Below, in pieces: positions 29,068 to 39,519 of a stretch of 64,000 nucleotides of DNA. A program made the translations under genes and the position numbers. The first letter of the stretch is position 1. Each line of letters starts with the position of its first letter. The stretch covers positions 32,001 through 96,000 of the forward strand of contig CAWGJT010000014.1 of NCBI GenBank assembly GCA_963822965.1, given 5' to 3'. Source of the stretch: an uncultured delta proteobacterium. Its GTDB lineage: Bacteria; Myxococcota_A; UBA9160; UBA4427. Under the pieces are notes generated by a model. It searched no databases and was not told the origin of the DNA. It saw nothing but the letters and a program-made list of their open reading frames with translations.

Positions 29068-30389
29068 GCGAGCTGGCGACTCCGCGCCACGAGATCACGG
29101 CCCTGCAGCTCGTGGAAGGTCCGCGCGGGCTCCGGGTCTTCAGCGCGGTACTGGGCGGACTGATGCTCGCCGCCGTCGCGGTCCTGGTCGGGGCTCCCTG
29201 GCAGCAGAACGTGCCTGGAGTCGGACGCGTCGTCGCCTTCGACGCGTTCGACCGGATGCAGACCCTCGCGGCGCCGGTGAGCGGCCGCATCGACAAGGCC
29301 TGGGTGATCGAGGGCTCGCACGTGGAGCAGGGGGACCGCATCCTCGAGATCGTCGACAACGACCCCTCGATCCTCCGACGGCTCGAGGAGCAGCGCGCGG
29401 CGCTCGAGTCCCAGCTCGCCGCGGCACGCTCGAAGGTCGCGGTCCTGGACGACCAGGTGGAGGCGCTGTCCGGCGCTCGCGACCTCGGCGCGCAGGGTGC
29501 CGAGCGCGGTCTCGACGTCGCGCGGGCCGCGGCGGAGTCCGCACGCTTCGGGCTCGCCGCCACCCAGGCCGCCTACCAGCAGGCGAGGCTCAACTTCGAA
29601 CGGCATCGCGAGCTGGTTCAGGAGGGTCTCGCCTCCGGTCTCGAGTTCGAGGTCGCCGAGCGCAACTTCCGGGAGGCGGAGGCGCGCGTCGAGCAGGCTC
29701 GCCAGGCGCTGGCGGCCGCGCAGCACGACCGGGAGGCGAAGAAGGCCGATCTCGGGCGCGTGCGCGCCGAGGCGAACGCGCGCATCGAGTCGGGACGCGC
29801 GTCGCGCGAATCGGCCGAGGTCGAGGTGTCGGCACTCCAGGAGCGGCTCACGGCGCTCGACTCACGCATCGCCCAGCAGAACACACAGCTGATCAAGGCG
29901 CCTCGAGCCGGCACCGTCTTCCGGCTGTTCGCGAGTCCGGGTGCGGAGCTGGTGCGGGCCGGCGATCCGCTCCTGCAGCTCATTCCCGAGACCGAGAGCC
30001 GGGCGGTCGAGCTCTGGGTGGACGGCAACGACGTTCCGTTGATCGACGTCGGTCGCTCGGTTCGCCTTCAGTTCGAGGGCTGGCCGGCGGTCCAGTTCTC
30101 GGGCTGGCCCTCGGTGGCGGTCGGCACCTTCGGCGGCCGAGTCGCCCTGGTCGACAAGAGCGACGACGGCACCGGGCGCTTTCGCCTGGTCGTGGTTCCG
30201 GACGAGAACGACGTGCCCTGGCCCGAGGCGCGCTACCTGCGCCAGGGCGTGCGCGCGAAGGGCTTCGTGCTGCTCGATCGCGTGACCCTGGGGTACGAGC
30301 TCTGGCGCCAGGCGAACGGCTTCCCGCCCGCCGTCGCCATGAAGGCCGGCGACGCGGGGACGAATCCGACGAAGGGGGCCGGTGGATGA
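29061..30389 (+). CDS. HlyD-family membrane fusion protein
   Basis: PWQQNVPGVGRV; APVSGRI...V.EG..V..GD; long coiled coil; IKAPRAG; VRLQFEGWPAVQFSGWPS..GTFGG. Confidence 0.92.
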   Translation: MLSELATPRHEITALQLVEGPRGLRVFSAVLGGLMLAAVAVLVGAPWQQNVPGVGRVVAFDAFDRMQTLAAPVSGRIDKAWVIEGSHVEQGDRILEIVDNDPSILRRLEEQRAALESQLAAARSKVAVLDDQVEALSGARDLGAQGAERGLDVARAAAESARFGLAATQAAYQQARLNFERHRELVQEGLASGLEFEVAERNFREAEARVEQARQALAAAQHDREAKKADLGRVRAEANARIESGRASRESAEVEVSALQERLTALDSRIAQQNTQLIKAPRAGTVFRLFASPGAELVRAGDPLLQLIPETESRAVELWVDGNDVPLIDVGRSVRLQFEGWPAVQFSGWPSVAVGTFGGRVALVDKSDDGTGRFRLVVVPDENDVPWPEARYLRQGVRAKGFVLLDRVTLGYELWRQANGFPPAVAMKAGDAGTNPTKGAGG

Positions 30390-31822
30390 TGCGTCGATTG
30401 CTTGCCCCGGCGGCACTGCTCGTCGCGCTTTCGGCTCCGGCGGCTCTTGCGGAGGAGCCCCCGCTGGCGCTCGGCGACGTGCTGGTGGCCGTCGACCGGC
30501 ACTATCCGCTGCTCGAGGCCGCCGAGGCCGAGCGCGAAGCGGCGATCGGGGACCTGATGGCCGCCGAGGGACGCTTCGACACCCGCCTCGTCGCTCTCGG
30601 AGACCTCCGGCCTGCGGGCTACTACGAGAGCTACGCGGGCGAGGCGCGGGTCGAGCAGCCCACCCGGCTCTGGGGGGCGCGGCTCTACGGTGGCTACCGG
30701 ATCGGCCGGGGCGACTTCCCGTCCTACGACGGAGGGCGCCAGACGGACCGGTCGGGCGAGGCCCGGATCGGGCTCGAGGTTCCGTTGCTGCGGGGCGGCT
30801 CGATCGACGAGCCGCGCGCCGACATCGAGCAGGCCGAGCTCGACCTGGCGCGCTTCGCGCCCGAGATCGAGCTGCGTCGCATCGACTTCCGCCGGCAGGC
30901 CAGCCTGGTCTATTGGGAATGGGTTGCCGCTGGACTCGGGGTGGGTGTCGGCGAGCGACTGCTGGCGATTGCCGAGGCCCGCCAGCAGCAGCTCGAGGGG
31001 CGGGTCTCGCGCGGGCTCGTGCCTTCGATCGATCTGGCCGACAACGAGCGGCTGATCGTCGATCGTCGGATCCGGCTGCGCGGCGCCCAACGCGACGCGC
31101 AGCAGGCCGCGATCCAGCTCTCCCTCTTCCTTCGCGACGCGGCCGGGGCACCCGTCATCGTCGCCGCCGAACGGCTCCCGACGGACTTCCCGCTGGAGGC
31201 AGAGCCGAGCGGAGAGCGGCTCGCACGGGATCTCCAGCGGGCGGCGCAATCCCATCCGCTGCTCGAGACGTTCGAGCTGGCCCTCGACCGGGCGCGGGTC
31301 GACTTCCAGCTTGCGCAGAACGAGGCGTTGCCCGCGATCGACCTGCGTCTCGAGGGCTCCCAGGACTACGGCTCCCCGGTCGAGGGCCTCTCGAGCGAGG
31401 GCTCCCTGTCGCGCGATGCCCGGGGCGACACGGAGGTGAAGGCGCTGCTCCGCTTCGAGCTGCCGGTCCAGCGCCGCGAGGCGCGCGGGCGCATGCAATC
31501 GGCGCGAGCGAAGCTCTCCCGGCTCGAGATCCAGCAGCGCTTCGCCCGCGACCGCATCGGGGCGGAGATCCGCCAGGCGATGGCCGAGCTGCAGGCGGCC
31601 TACGCCCAGACCCTCGAGGCGCGGCGTAACCTGGAGCTGGCGCGGCAGCTGGAGCATGCCGAAGAGCGCATGCTGCTGCTCGGCAAGAGCAACCTGATCG
31701 ACATCAACATTCGCGAGCTGCAGGCCGCGGACGCCGACCGGTTCCTGATCGAGACCCAGGCCGCCTACTTCCGCGCGCTCGCCCAGTACACCGCGGCGGC
31801 CGCGGCCGACTCCGGCTTCTAG
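30386..31822 (+). CDS. TolC-family outer-membrane efflux protein
   Basis: Signal peptide; HYPLL; AAEGRFD; PLLRG; YWEW; LPAIDL; FELPVQRREARG; G.SNL..INIRE; overlaps the HlyD stop. Confidence 0.9.
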   Translation: MMRRLLAPAALLVALSAPAALAEEPPLALGDVLVAVDRHYPLLEAAEAEREAAIGDLMAAEGRFDTRLVALGDLRPAGYYESYAGEARVEQPTRLWGARLYGGYRIGRGDFPSYDGGRQTDRSGEARIGLEVPLLRGGSIDEPRADIEQAELDLARFAPEIELRRIDFRRQASLVYWEWVAAGLGVGVGERLLAIAEARQQQLEGRVSRGLVPSIDLADNERLIVDRRIRLRGAQRDAQQAAIQLSLFLRDAAGAPVIVAAERLPTDFPLEAEPSGERLARDLQRAAQSHPLLETFELALDRARVDFQLAQNEALPAIDLRLEGSQDYGSPVEGLSSEGSLSRDARGDTEVKALLRFELPVQRREARGRMQSARAKLSRLEIQQRFARDRIGAEIRQAMAELQAAYAQTLEARRNLELARQLEHAEERMLLLGKSNLIDINIRELQAADADRFLIETQAAYFRALAQYTAAAAADSGF

Positions 31823-32103
31823 TCCCAATGCATCATTCAGCGCGCTTCCCGCGTGCCGCAGCACGCTGGCCCGGCTCGCGCGATCGCGGAGGAAGGTCCC
31901 TCGAGCCGGGTGCGACGGCCCGAATCCCTCGACGCGGAGATTTCTGTATCCTGCCTGCCGACGACGACGTGACGCCCGAGATGGATCGCAAGCGAATCCT
32001 CGGGGCGCCATGACATCGCCGAGAACCGTCCACCCTCCTCTTCGCGCTGGCATCCCGACTACCGGGATGCATTCGAGGCATTCGAGCCGTGAACGTCGCC
32101 GGG

Positions 32104-33021
32104 ATGTCCGAAGGGGAGCGGGGCGAGACCGGCGAAGCGCCTACCGAGCATCGCGTCCGGGCGAACGGCATCGAGCTTGCTTGGTTCGAGTGGGGAAGCG
32201 CGTACCGCGGCACGGGGCCCACGCTTCTGCTCGCGCACGCCACGGGCTTCCACGCGCGCTGCTGGGATCCGGTGGTTCGGCGCCTCGGAAGGCGGCACGT
32301 GATCGCGGTGGATCAGCGCAGCCACGGCCGCAGCGAGAAGGTCGCGATCACCCATTGGGACGTCTTCGGGCACGATCTGGCCGCTTTCGTCCGCGCGCTC
32401 GACCTGTCCGAGGTCGTGGGCGTCGGCCACTCCATGGGTGGGCACGCCATGGTGGACGCCGCGGCGGCCGAGCCCTCTCGCTTCCGAAGCCTCGTGCTGA
32501 TCGACCCGGTGATCGCCGCCCCGGGAGACTACGGAGAAGGCGGATGGGTGATCTCGGACGGCGAGCCGCATCCCACCGCGAAGCGCAAGCGCTACTTCGA
32601 GTCGCCCGAGGCCATGATCGAGCGGTTTCGCGATCGGGTCCCGTATCGGGTGTTCCACCCCGAGGCGCTTCGCGCCTACTGCGACTTCGGGCTCCTGCCC
32701 GTCGAAGGAGGCGAGGGCTTCGAGCTCGCCTGCCCGCCCGAGATCGAAGCCAGCATCTACATGGCCAGCCGGACGAATGCGGGGGTGCACGACAGCATCC
32801 AGGCGATCGATCTGCCCGTGCTGATCCTGCGCGCGAAGCTCCCCGCCCCGGACCGGGACGTGATGGACTTCTCGTCGTCGCCGACCTGGCCGGGCCTCGT
32901 GACGGAGTTTCGACGGGGTCGCGAGATCTACTTCGCGGATCGCACGCACTTCCTGCCCATGGAGATCCCCGGCAGGGTCGCGGAGCTGATCGTCGAGGAG
33001 CTGGCGGGCTCCGAGGCCTGA
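32104..33021 (+). CDS. Alpha/beta hydrolase
   Basis: LLAHATGFHARCW; DQRSHGRS; GVGHSMGG nucleophile elbow; THFLPME. Confidence 0.92.
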   Translation: MSEGERGETGEAPTEHRVRANGIELAWFEWGSAYRGTGPTLLLAHATGFHARCWDPVVRRLGRRHVIAVDQRSHGRSEKVAITHWDVFGHDLAAFVRALDLSEVVGVGHSMGGHAMVDAAAAEPSRFRSLVLIDPVIAAPGDYGEGGWVISDGEPHPTAKRKRYFESPEAMIERFRDRVPYRVFHPEALRAYCDFGLLPVEGGEGFELACPPEIEASIYMASRTNAGVHDSIQAIDLPVLILRAKLPAPDRDVMDFSSSPTWPGLVTEFRRGREIYFADRTHFLPMEIPGRVAELIVEELAGSEA

Positions 33022-33069
33022 CCCGCGCGGTCGAACCCCGCGCAGCCGATCGCCAGGCGACGCGTTCGA

Positions 33070-33993
33070 CTATCTGTAGACCCCGGCGAGGCCGCTCTGG
33101 GGCTCGGGCACGACGCGTTCCGCTTGCAGCCCGAGGATGTCGGACACGTTGCGGGCGATGGTCTCCCCGATGCCGTCCATCGGGAGATCGTTGGTGTCGT
33201 AGCCGAAGGGCTCCTCGATCTCGATGCCGATCTCCTCGATTCCGTAGAGCCCGTAGGCGACGATGGCGGCGCCCAGCGGCGTATACCAGCCCATGGTTTC
33301 GAGCAGGGCCAGCGGCGCGGTGAGGCAGAAGATCGAGAGGAAGCCCTTGATGTGCTGCGCGTAGGCGAAGGGAATCGGGGTCTTCATGATTCGTTCGGCC
33401 CCGCCCCAGAGGTCGATGAGATCGCTCACCTGGCAGTCGATCATGCGAACGCGCTGCTCCGAGAGGCGCCCCGCCCGGGCCTCCGCCGCGTAACAGTCGG
33501 AGAGCCACCGCGCCACCAGCAAGGGAGGTGCGCTGGCATGGGTGAGCTGCTCCCGCTCTTCGTCGTTCAGAAGATCGGCGAGCTCGGGCGCCTCGCGCTC
33601 GCGACGCAGCGAGCGCCGGATGGTGGCGAAGAGCGCGATGATGTAGTGGCCGATGCGTTCACGCATCTCCGGCGCAGAGTGGTCGAGATAGCTGGCCGTC
33701 TGGCGCGCGATGTCGCGCGTGTTGTTGACCATGGCGCCGATCAGGATCCGTCCCTCCCAGAAGCGGTCGTAGGAGGCGTTCGTACGGAATACCAGAAGCA
33801 GCCCCAGCGCCACGCCCACGATCGCATGCAGGGTGCGCGACACGGGCGGGTTCCAGCCGAGCCGGAGCTTCGCCCAGGTGAGGAGGGCGGCCACGGCGGT
33901 CACGAGCAGGACCCGCACCGCGATCCGCGGCAGCACCGACCCGTGGAACCGAAACAGGATTCGCAGCCATCGCCGCGTGTCGTACTCGATCAC
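33070..33993 (-). CDS. Bestrophin-family channel (YneE-like)
   Basis: LLLVFRTNASYDRFWEGR; ERIMKTPIPFAY; GIEEIGIEIEEPFGYDTNDLP. Confidence 0.95.
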   Translation of the reverse strand: MIEYDTRRWLRILFRFHGSVLPRIAVRVLLVTAVAALLTWAKLRLGWNPPVSRTLHAIVGVALGLLLVFRTNASYDRFWEGRILIGAMVNNTRDIARQTASYLDHSAPEMRERIGHYIIALFATIRRSLRREREAPELADLLNDEEREQLTHASAPPLLVARWLSDCYAAEARAGRLSEQRVRMIDCQVSDLIDLWGGAERIMKTPIPFAYAQHIKGFLSIFCLTAPLALLETMGWYTPLGAAIVAYGLYGIEEIGIEIEEPFGYDTNDLPMDGIGETIARNVSDILGLQAERVVPEPQSGLAGVYR

Positions 33994-34172
33994 CGAGGCT
34001 CTCCCGAAGGGCGACTTGCGACCGCGTCACGCTCAGTCTACACGAGGGAAGCCCCCCGAACGTGACGCGAAGCGCCTTCCTTCGGGACTGCTCGCGACCT
34101 CCGAGCGGGGAGGTCGCTACCCTGGCCGAAGGTCCGGGACGCCGCAACGGCGGCACCAAAGCGGAGGAACCC

Positions 34173-35339
34173 ATGGATTTTGCGCTCGACGAAGAGCTTC
34201 AGGCCATCCGCGACGAGAGCGCCCGCATCGCCTCCCGCTTCGACGACGACTACTGGTCCCGGCGGGACGAGCAGCACGAGTTTCCCTGGGACTTCTACAA
34301 CGCCTTCGCGGAGCAGGGCTGGTTGGGCATCCTGGTGCCCGAGCAGTACGGGGGCGCCGGCCTCGGGACGCTCCACGCCGGCATGCTCCTGGGCGCCGCC
34401 GCCCACAGCGCCGGGGCGCAGAACGCCGCCTCGACGCTGCACATCTCGATCTTCGGCATGGCGCCGGTCATCCACCACGGCTCGGACGAGCTCAAGCAGC
34501 GAACGCTCCCGCCCACGGCTTCGGGGGAGCTGCACGTCTCCTTCGGCGTGACGGAGGACGACGCCGGCACGGACACGAGCCGCATCCGCACGTTCGCGCG
34601 CCGGGACGGCGATCGCTTCCTCGTGAGCGGCAAGAAGGTGTGGAACACCAAGGCGCAGCAGGCCCAGAAGATCCTGCTGCTCGCCCGCACGACGCTGCGC
34701 GAGGAGTGCGCCCGGCCGCTCCAGGGGATGACGCTCTTCCTGGCGGACCTCGACCGCGACTACTGCGAGATCCGCGAGATCCCCAAGCTGGGACGCAACG
34801 CGGTCAACTCGAACGAGGTGTACATCGAAGACCTGCCGGTGTCCGTGAACGACGTGGTTGGCGAGGTGGGCCGCGGCTTCTACCACCTGCTCGACGGTCT
34901 GAATCCGGAGCGGATCGTGATCGCCGCCGAGGCGGTGGGGATCGGTCGCCGCGCGATCGAGGTGGCCACCCGCTACGCGCGCGACCGCATCGTCTTCGAC
35001 CGTCCCATCGGCCAGAACCAGGCGATTGCCCACCCGCTGGCCGAGTCGCTGTCCGAGCTCGAGGCCGCGGACCTGCTGTGGCAGAAGGCGGCCTGGGCCT
35101 ACGACAGCGGGCAGCCCGCGGGCGCCCTCGCCAACATGGCGAAGCTACGGTGTAGCGAGGCGGCCTTCACGGCCTGCGACCGCGCGCTGCAGGTGTTCGG
35201 GGGGTTTGGATACGCGCGGGAGTTCCACGTCGAGCGCTACTGGCGCGAGGCACGGCTCGCGCGCATCGCCCCCATCTCGAACGAGATGGTGCGGAACTTT
35301 CTCTCGGAGCACGTGCTCGAGCTGCCCCGCAGCTACTGA
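34173..35339 (+). CDS. Acyl-CoA dehydrogenase family protein
   Basis: MDFAL.EE; GWLGILVPEQYGGAG; FGVTE.DAGTD; GKKVWNT; GLNPERI; R.VFDRPIGQNQAI; GGFGYAREFHVERYWR. Confidence 0.95.
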   Translation: MDFALDEELQAIRDESARIASRFDDDYWSRRDEQHEFPWDFYNAFAEQGWLGILVPEQYGGAGLGTLHAGMLLGAAAHSAGAQNAASTLHISIFGMAPVIHHGSDELKQRTLPPTASGELHVSFGVTEDDAGTDTSRIRTFARRDGDRFLVSGKKVWNTKAQQAQKILLLARTTLREECARPLQGMTLFLADLDRDYCEIREIPKLGRNAVNSNEVYIEDLPVSVNDVVGEVGRGFYHLLDGLNPERIVIAAEAVGIGRRAIEVATRYARDRIVFDRPIGQNQAIAHPLAESLSELEAADLLWQKAAWAYDSGQPAGALANMAKLRCSEAAFTACDRALQVFGGFGYAREFHVERYWREARLARIAPISNEMVRNFLSEHVLELPRSY

Positions 35340-35416
35340 GCGAAGAGCATCTTCGTGTATGCTGGCGGTGCTGCCGCGGCGCGGTCGCGGCGCCACGATC
35401 GAGGGAGGGATGAGCC

Positions 35417-35596
35417 ATGATCCAAGGACTGTTGGGGCTGATCATCCTGCTCGCCGACGTCTGGGCCGTCGTCAACGTGGTCCAGAGCCGGGAGTCGACC
35501 GGCACCAAGGCGCTGTGGGTGGTTCTGGTCGTCGTGCTGCCGGTGCTGGGGCTCGCCATCTGGTACTTCGCGGGGCCCCGCTCGGCTTCCGGCTGA
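35417..35596 (+). CDS. Small membrane protein, PLDc_N (phospholipase D-nuclease N-terminal) family, 59 aa; not in the ORF track
   Basis: Manual translation MIQGLLGLIILLADVWAVVNVVQSRESTGTKALWVVLVVVLPVLGLAIWYFAGPRSASG; K.LW...LP.LG...W...GP motif; GGAGGG RBS. Confidence 0.85.
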   Translation: MIQGLLGLIILLADVWAVVNVVQSRESTGTKALWVVLVVVLPVLGLAIWYFAGPRSASG

Positions 35597-35619
35597 GGTC
35601 GACGGCCCGACCCTCTTCG

Positions 35620-36456
35620 CTAGACCATGTACGCGTCGCCCGACGCCCGCACCGTCAGGTCGCTGATCGAGACGCCCCAGGGCTGGTCGATGGCGAACAC
35701 GACCTGATCGGCGAGGATCTCGGGCGCGAGCGAGTAGTAGGCGATCTGCTCGGGATCCGTGAGCTCGGGGCGCGCCTCTCCCGTCATGGTCTGCGTGAGA
35801 GTCTGCACGAAGGACTCCGTCTGGCCCCCGAGGATTCCCCCGATCGCATCCGGATTGAGGACGCCCGCTCCGAGTCCCGTGCCCGGCACACCGGTCGGCC
35901 GGATCGTCGTGACCTTGATGCGGCCCTGGGACTCCTGCCGAAGCGCCTCGGACAGGAAGTTGACCGCCGCCTTGGTGGCGCCGTACACGGCGGCGCCGGC
36001 GAGCGGGTAGTTGCCGTAGATCGAGGACAGGTTGACGACGTGCCCGCGTCCCTGGGCGATCATCTGGTCGTACACCGCGACGATTCCGTGGAGCACGCCC
36101 TTCACGTTGACGTCGATGCAGCGATCCCACGCCTCGGCGGCGACGGCGTGGTCCGCGTAGAAGGCCAGGGGCATCACGCCTGCGTTGTTCACCAGCACGT
36201 CGATGGCGCCGAAACGCGCGACGGCGGCGCCGGCTGCCGCCTGCATGTCGGCCAGCCGCGATACGTCGGCGCGAACCGCTTCCACGGCTCCCCCGGCGTT
36301 CTCGATGTCCTCGCGCGTGGTGGCCAGGGCCACATCGTCCACGTCCGCGGCCACGACGAGCGCCCCGCGCGCAGCCGTCTTCTGCGCCACCAGGCGCCCG
36401 AACCCGCCGCCGGCGCCGGTGACGAGAATGACTTTGTCCTTCAGGTGGTCCGTCAC
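35620..36456 (-). CDS. SDR oxidoreductase
   Basis: TGAGGGFG; LVNNAG; YGATK. Confidence 0.93.
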   Translation of the reverse strand: MTDHLKDKVILVTGAGGGFGRLVAQKTAARGALVVAADVDDVALATTREDIENAGGAVEAVRADVSRLADMQAAAGAAVARFGAIDVLVNNAGVMPLAFYADHAVAAEAWDRCIDVNVKGVLHGIVAVYDQMIAQGRGHVVNLSSIYGNYPLAGAAVYGATKAAVNFLSEALRQESQGRIKVTTIRPTGVPGTGLGAGVLNPDAIGGILGGQTESFVQTLTQTMTGEARPELTDPEQIAYYSLAPEILADQVVFAIDQPWGVSISDLTVRASGDAYMV

Positions 36457-36570
36457 GGCGTTGCTCTCCTCTCTCGGCTCGTAGATGGCTGCGTTCGCGT
36501 GCGGGCGCCACCGCCCGGCCTCCGGAGCCGGCCCGCACGGCGAGGCGTCGACGGGGCGGATCGTTCGTGC

Positions 36571-36990
36571 TCAGGGCGAACCGGGACAGCTCGCGATCTT
36601 CGTCTCGATCCGGTCGACGTTCTCGAGCTCGAGGTGCAGCGTGTCGTCGCCGGCTCGGATCTCCAGCACCTTGCCCTTCCAGGCGGGTCGTCGCGCCAGC
36701 ACCTGGCGGATCGGGACGAGGTGCGCGTCGATGTCGCTGCGGTGCTCGCAGAAGCAGGCGCCCTCTGCGACGTCGGCCTCCTCGCCCGCGTCCATGTGCT
36801 CCTGCACGCAGGGCATCAGGATGCCGAGCGAGATCCCGAACAGGCCCTCCTGCACGATCTGGGCGTCGGCCCGGGCGTCCGGGCCGACGGTGATCGTGTC
36901 GGCCGCGAACGCGAACCCGCCGACCATCCCGAGCAGCGCGGCGGCGGCGGCCCCCGCGACCCACGAGCTCGCGCGGGTCTTCGAATCCAC
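36571..36990 (-). CDS. Secreted Cys-containing hypothetical protein
   Basis: GAGGAGG RBS; signal peptide ...GMVGGFAFA|A; four Cys including a CFC motif. Confidence 0.65.
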   Translation of the reverse strand: MDSKTRASSWVAGAAAAALLGMVGGFAFAADTITVGPDARADAQIVQEGLFGISLGILMPCVQEHMDAGEEADVAEGACFCEHRSDIDAHLVPIRQVLARRPAWKGKVLEIRAGDDTLHLELENVDRIETKIASCPGSP

Positions 36991-37240
36991 GTCCCCTCCT
37001 CCTCGGGCGACCGGATGGCCGCGAACGGGTGAGGCGGGATCCTATCCCAGGCGCCCTCCCGCGACGCCCGGTCTCGAGACGACCGGCAGGGCCACGGCAG
37101 GTCGCCGGCACCTTCGGGTCGGGGAGCCCGCGCGGAGGGCGCTGGCTCGCCCACGGGGCGGGGGTCCTTCAGCGTCGATCGAGCACGGCCGATGAGCTCC
37201 GTTGGGCGGGCATATCGCCCCGCCACGGAGCCTCTTGGCC

Positions 37241-38089
37241 ATGAACACGGGCTTGCGATCGATCGGAATCGCGCTGGCGTGCTGCCTCGGCGCGGTCGTC
37301 CTGGCTCCCGCGAGCCAGGCGCTTCCCATCGCCTACTGGCGGATGGAGGTCGACGACGACCCCACGCCGAACGGGCTCTCGGTTCCGAACGAGCTGGCCT
37401 TCGGCACCCCCCTCGTCTCGGCCGAGGCGGCGCTCGACGGCTCGAACCTGCCGACGACGCTGGTGCCCCTGTCGAGCGATCCGAACGTCTTCAGCGTCGG
37501 TGCCACCGCCCAGGGCGGCACGAACGGCATCAACGCCGCGGCGGCCTGGTACCCGGAGCTCGCCGTGACCAGCATCTCGATCGAGTTCTGGGCGCGCACC
37601 CAGGAGAGCGTCGCCACGCCCTTCCGCTGGACGACGGGTGGCGCGGACGGCATCGTGTTGACCGATCCGAACAGTCTCGATCTCACCTGGTACGTCGACG
37701 TTGCGGGAACCCCGACCGCGCTCCAGATGACCAATCTCGACAACATGGACACGAACTGGAGCCACTACGCGTTCACCTACTCGGAAGTGAACGGCCTGGC
37801 ACGCTTCTATCTCGACGGCGTGCTGGTGCAGAGCTTCGACGGTCCGGATGGCGCGCCGCTGGTGATCGTGCCGGGGACGCCCGTCGAGCTGGGCGTCCTG
37901 ATGGACTTCGCGAGCGCCGGCCAGGGCACCCTCGACGAGGTGAAGATCGACGGCTCGGTGCTGTCGCCCGCCGAATTCCTGCTGCCCGAGCCCTCGACGG
38001 CCCTGCTGATGGCAGTCGGTCTCTCCCTTGCGCTCGTCGCTCCCGGGCGCGAAGGCTCGACGGCCCGGTTCGGCCGACGAAGTCGCTAG
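37241..38089 (+). CDS. LamG/concanavalin-like PEP-CTERM surface protein
   Basis: Signal ...LAPASQA|L; IAYWRME; SIEFW; WSHYAFTY; FYLDG; GTLDEVKI; C-terminal LPEPSTALLMAVGLSLAL...RR. Confidence 0.88.
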   Translation: MNTGLRSIGIALACCLGAVVLAPASQALPIAYWRMEVDDDPTPNGLSVPNELAFGTPLVSAEAALDGSNLPTTLVPLSSDPNVFSVGATAQGGTNGINAAAAWYPELAVTSISIEFWARTQESVATPFRWTTGGADGIVLTDPNSLDLTWYVDVAGTPTALQMTNLDNMDTNWSHYAFTYSEVNGLARFYLDGVLVQSFDGPDGAPLVIVPGTPVELGVLMDFASAGQGTLDEVKIDGSVLSPAEFLLPEPSTALLMAVGLSLALVAPGREGSTARFGRRSR

Positions 38090-39519
38090 ATCTCCAGGCC
38101 GGCCAGCCGGAGGCTCTCGATCAGGTAGTCCACCACCTCGTCGGCGGCGAAGACGCGAACGGGATCGAGGGTGGCTTCGGGGAAGCGCGCGTGCAGCTCG
38201 GCCGCGGCGGCGCGGGCCTCTTCGTCGCGGCCCAGGCGCGCCAGCGAGGCGGCGATCAACGGCTCGTAGGAGAAGCCCGCGTCGCCCCCGCTCGCCATGC
38301 TCTGGCGAGCCATCGCGATGGCCTCCTCGTGACGACCCGCGAGGTGGCACGCCATCGCGATGGTCCCCTCGAAGTCGTGCCGCATCGGGTCGCGCGGCGA
38401 GAGCCGCAGCGCCCGGCGGAAGCACGCGAGCGCAGTCTCCGCGTTCTCGAGAGAGAGGACGGAGAGCCCATACGCGAAGCTGGCGAGCGCAGAGCTCGGG
38501 TCCAGCTCGAGTGCGCGCTCGAGCGTGAGCAGGCACTCTTCGGGCTGCCGCAGCAGCCCGAGCAGCCCGCCGAGGACTGTCAGCGCCGCCGCATCCACCG
38601 GATCGAGTGCCACGGCCTTTCGCGCCGCATCGAGCGCCAGGCGGATCGAGGCCGCCGGATCGCCGCCGTAGCCGAGCATGGCGTCGGTCGTGTGGCTCAT
38701 GGCGATGGCGGTGAAGGCCGGCGCGAAGGTGGGGTCGAGCTGGAGCGCCCGCTCGAAGAGCGCGCGGCTGTCGCGGATCTCGCTCTCGAGGAAGCGATAG
38801 TAGTGATGAAGTCCCCGCTGCAGGCACTCCCAGGCGCCGAGGTCGGGCGCCGGGAGCCGCGCCGCTCGCAGGCGCTCCACGTGCGCCAGCGTCGGCGCCA
38901 GCGCCGCCACGATCGTCTCCACGATCTCGTCCTGGATGGCGAAGACGTCGGCCACGGCGCGGTCGTATCGCTCGGCCCAGACGTGGTTGCCGCTCTCGGC
39001 GTCGATCAGCTGGGCGGTGACGCGCACCCGATCGCCGGCGCGCCGGGAGCTTCCCTCGATGACGTAGCGCGCCCCGAGCTCGCGACCCAGCTGGACCACG
39101 TCCACCGCCCGCTTGTCCTCCCGGTACGCGAACGTCGAATTGCGTGCGATTACGGGAAACCAGCGCCAGGAGGACAGGCGCGTGATCAGGTCCTCCACCA
39201 GGCCGTCGGCGAAGTGGCGCTGCTCTTCGCCCCCGCCGAAGTCGTCGAAGGGGAGGACCGCGATCGCCGGACGTCGGCCGAACCCGGGCACGGACGCCTC
39301 CTCGCCGACGTCACGGACGTTCAGCTGCTCGATGAGCCCCACGGCCTCGGTCCGGTTCGCGACGTCGAGGGCCTGCAGGACGGCAGAGACGTGGTTCTTC
39401 GCCGTCGCGCGGGCGATGCCCAGCACCCGCGCGATGTCCGCGTTGGTGAGCCCTTTCGCGATCAGCTCGAGAACTTCGAGCTGCCGTGGGGTGAGCTGGG
39501 GCGCCGCGCCGCTGGCCAT
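38086..39519 (-). CDS. LuxR-HTH + TolB-like + TPR transcriptional regulator
   Basis: LTPRQLEVLELIAKGLTNADIA..LGI...TAKNHVS; RPAIAVLPF; FADGLVEDLIT.LS; VIARNSTF; W.ERYD; TPR tail. Confidence 0.9.
   Translation of the reverse strand: MASGAAPQLTPRQLEVLELIAKGLTNADIARVLGIARATAKNHVSAVLQALDVANRTEAVGLIEQLNVRDVGEEASVPGFGRRPAIAVLPFDDFGGGEEQRHFADGLVEDLITRLSSWRWFPVIARNSTFAYREDKRAVDVVQLGRELGARYVIEGSSRRAGDRVRVTAQLIDAESGNHVWAERYDRAVADVFAIQDEIVETIVAALAPTLAHVERLRAARLPAPDLGAWECLQRGLHHYYRFLESEIRDSRALFERALQLDPTFAPAFTAIAMSHTTDAMLGYGGDPAASIRLALDAARKAVALDPVDAAALTVLGGLLGLLRQPEECLLTLERALELDPSSALASFAYGLSVLSLENAETALACFRRALRLSPRDPMRHDFEGTIAMACHLAGRHEEAIAMARQSMASGGDAGFSYEPLIAASLARLGRDEEARAAAAELHARFPEATLDPVRVFAADEVVDYLIESLRLAGLEI

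Noticed and set aside
1885..31822. Giant proteins as substrates of the nearby T1SS
   Set aside because: They have N-terminal Sec-type signal peptides and lack GGxGxD RTX repeats.
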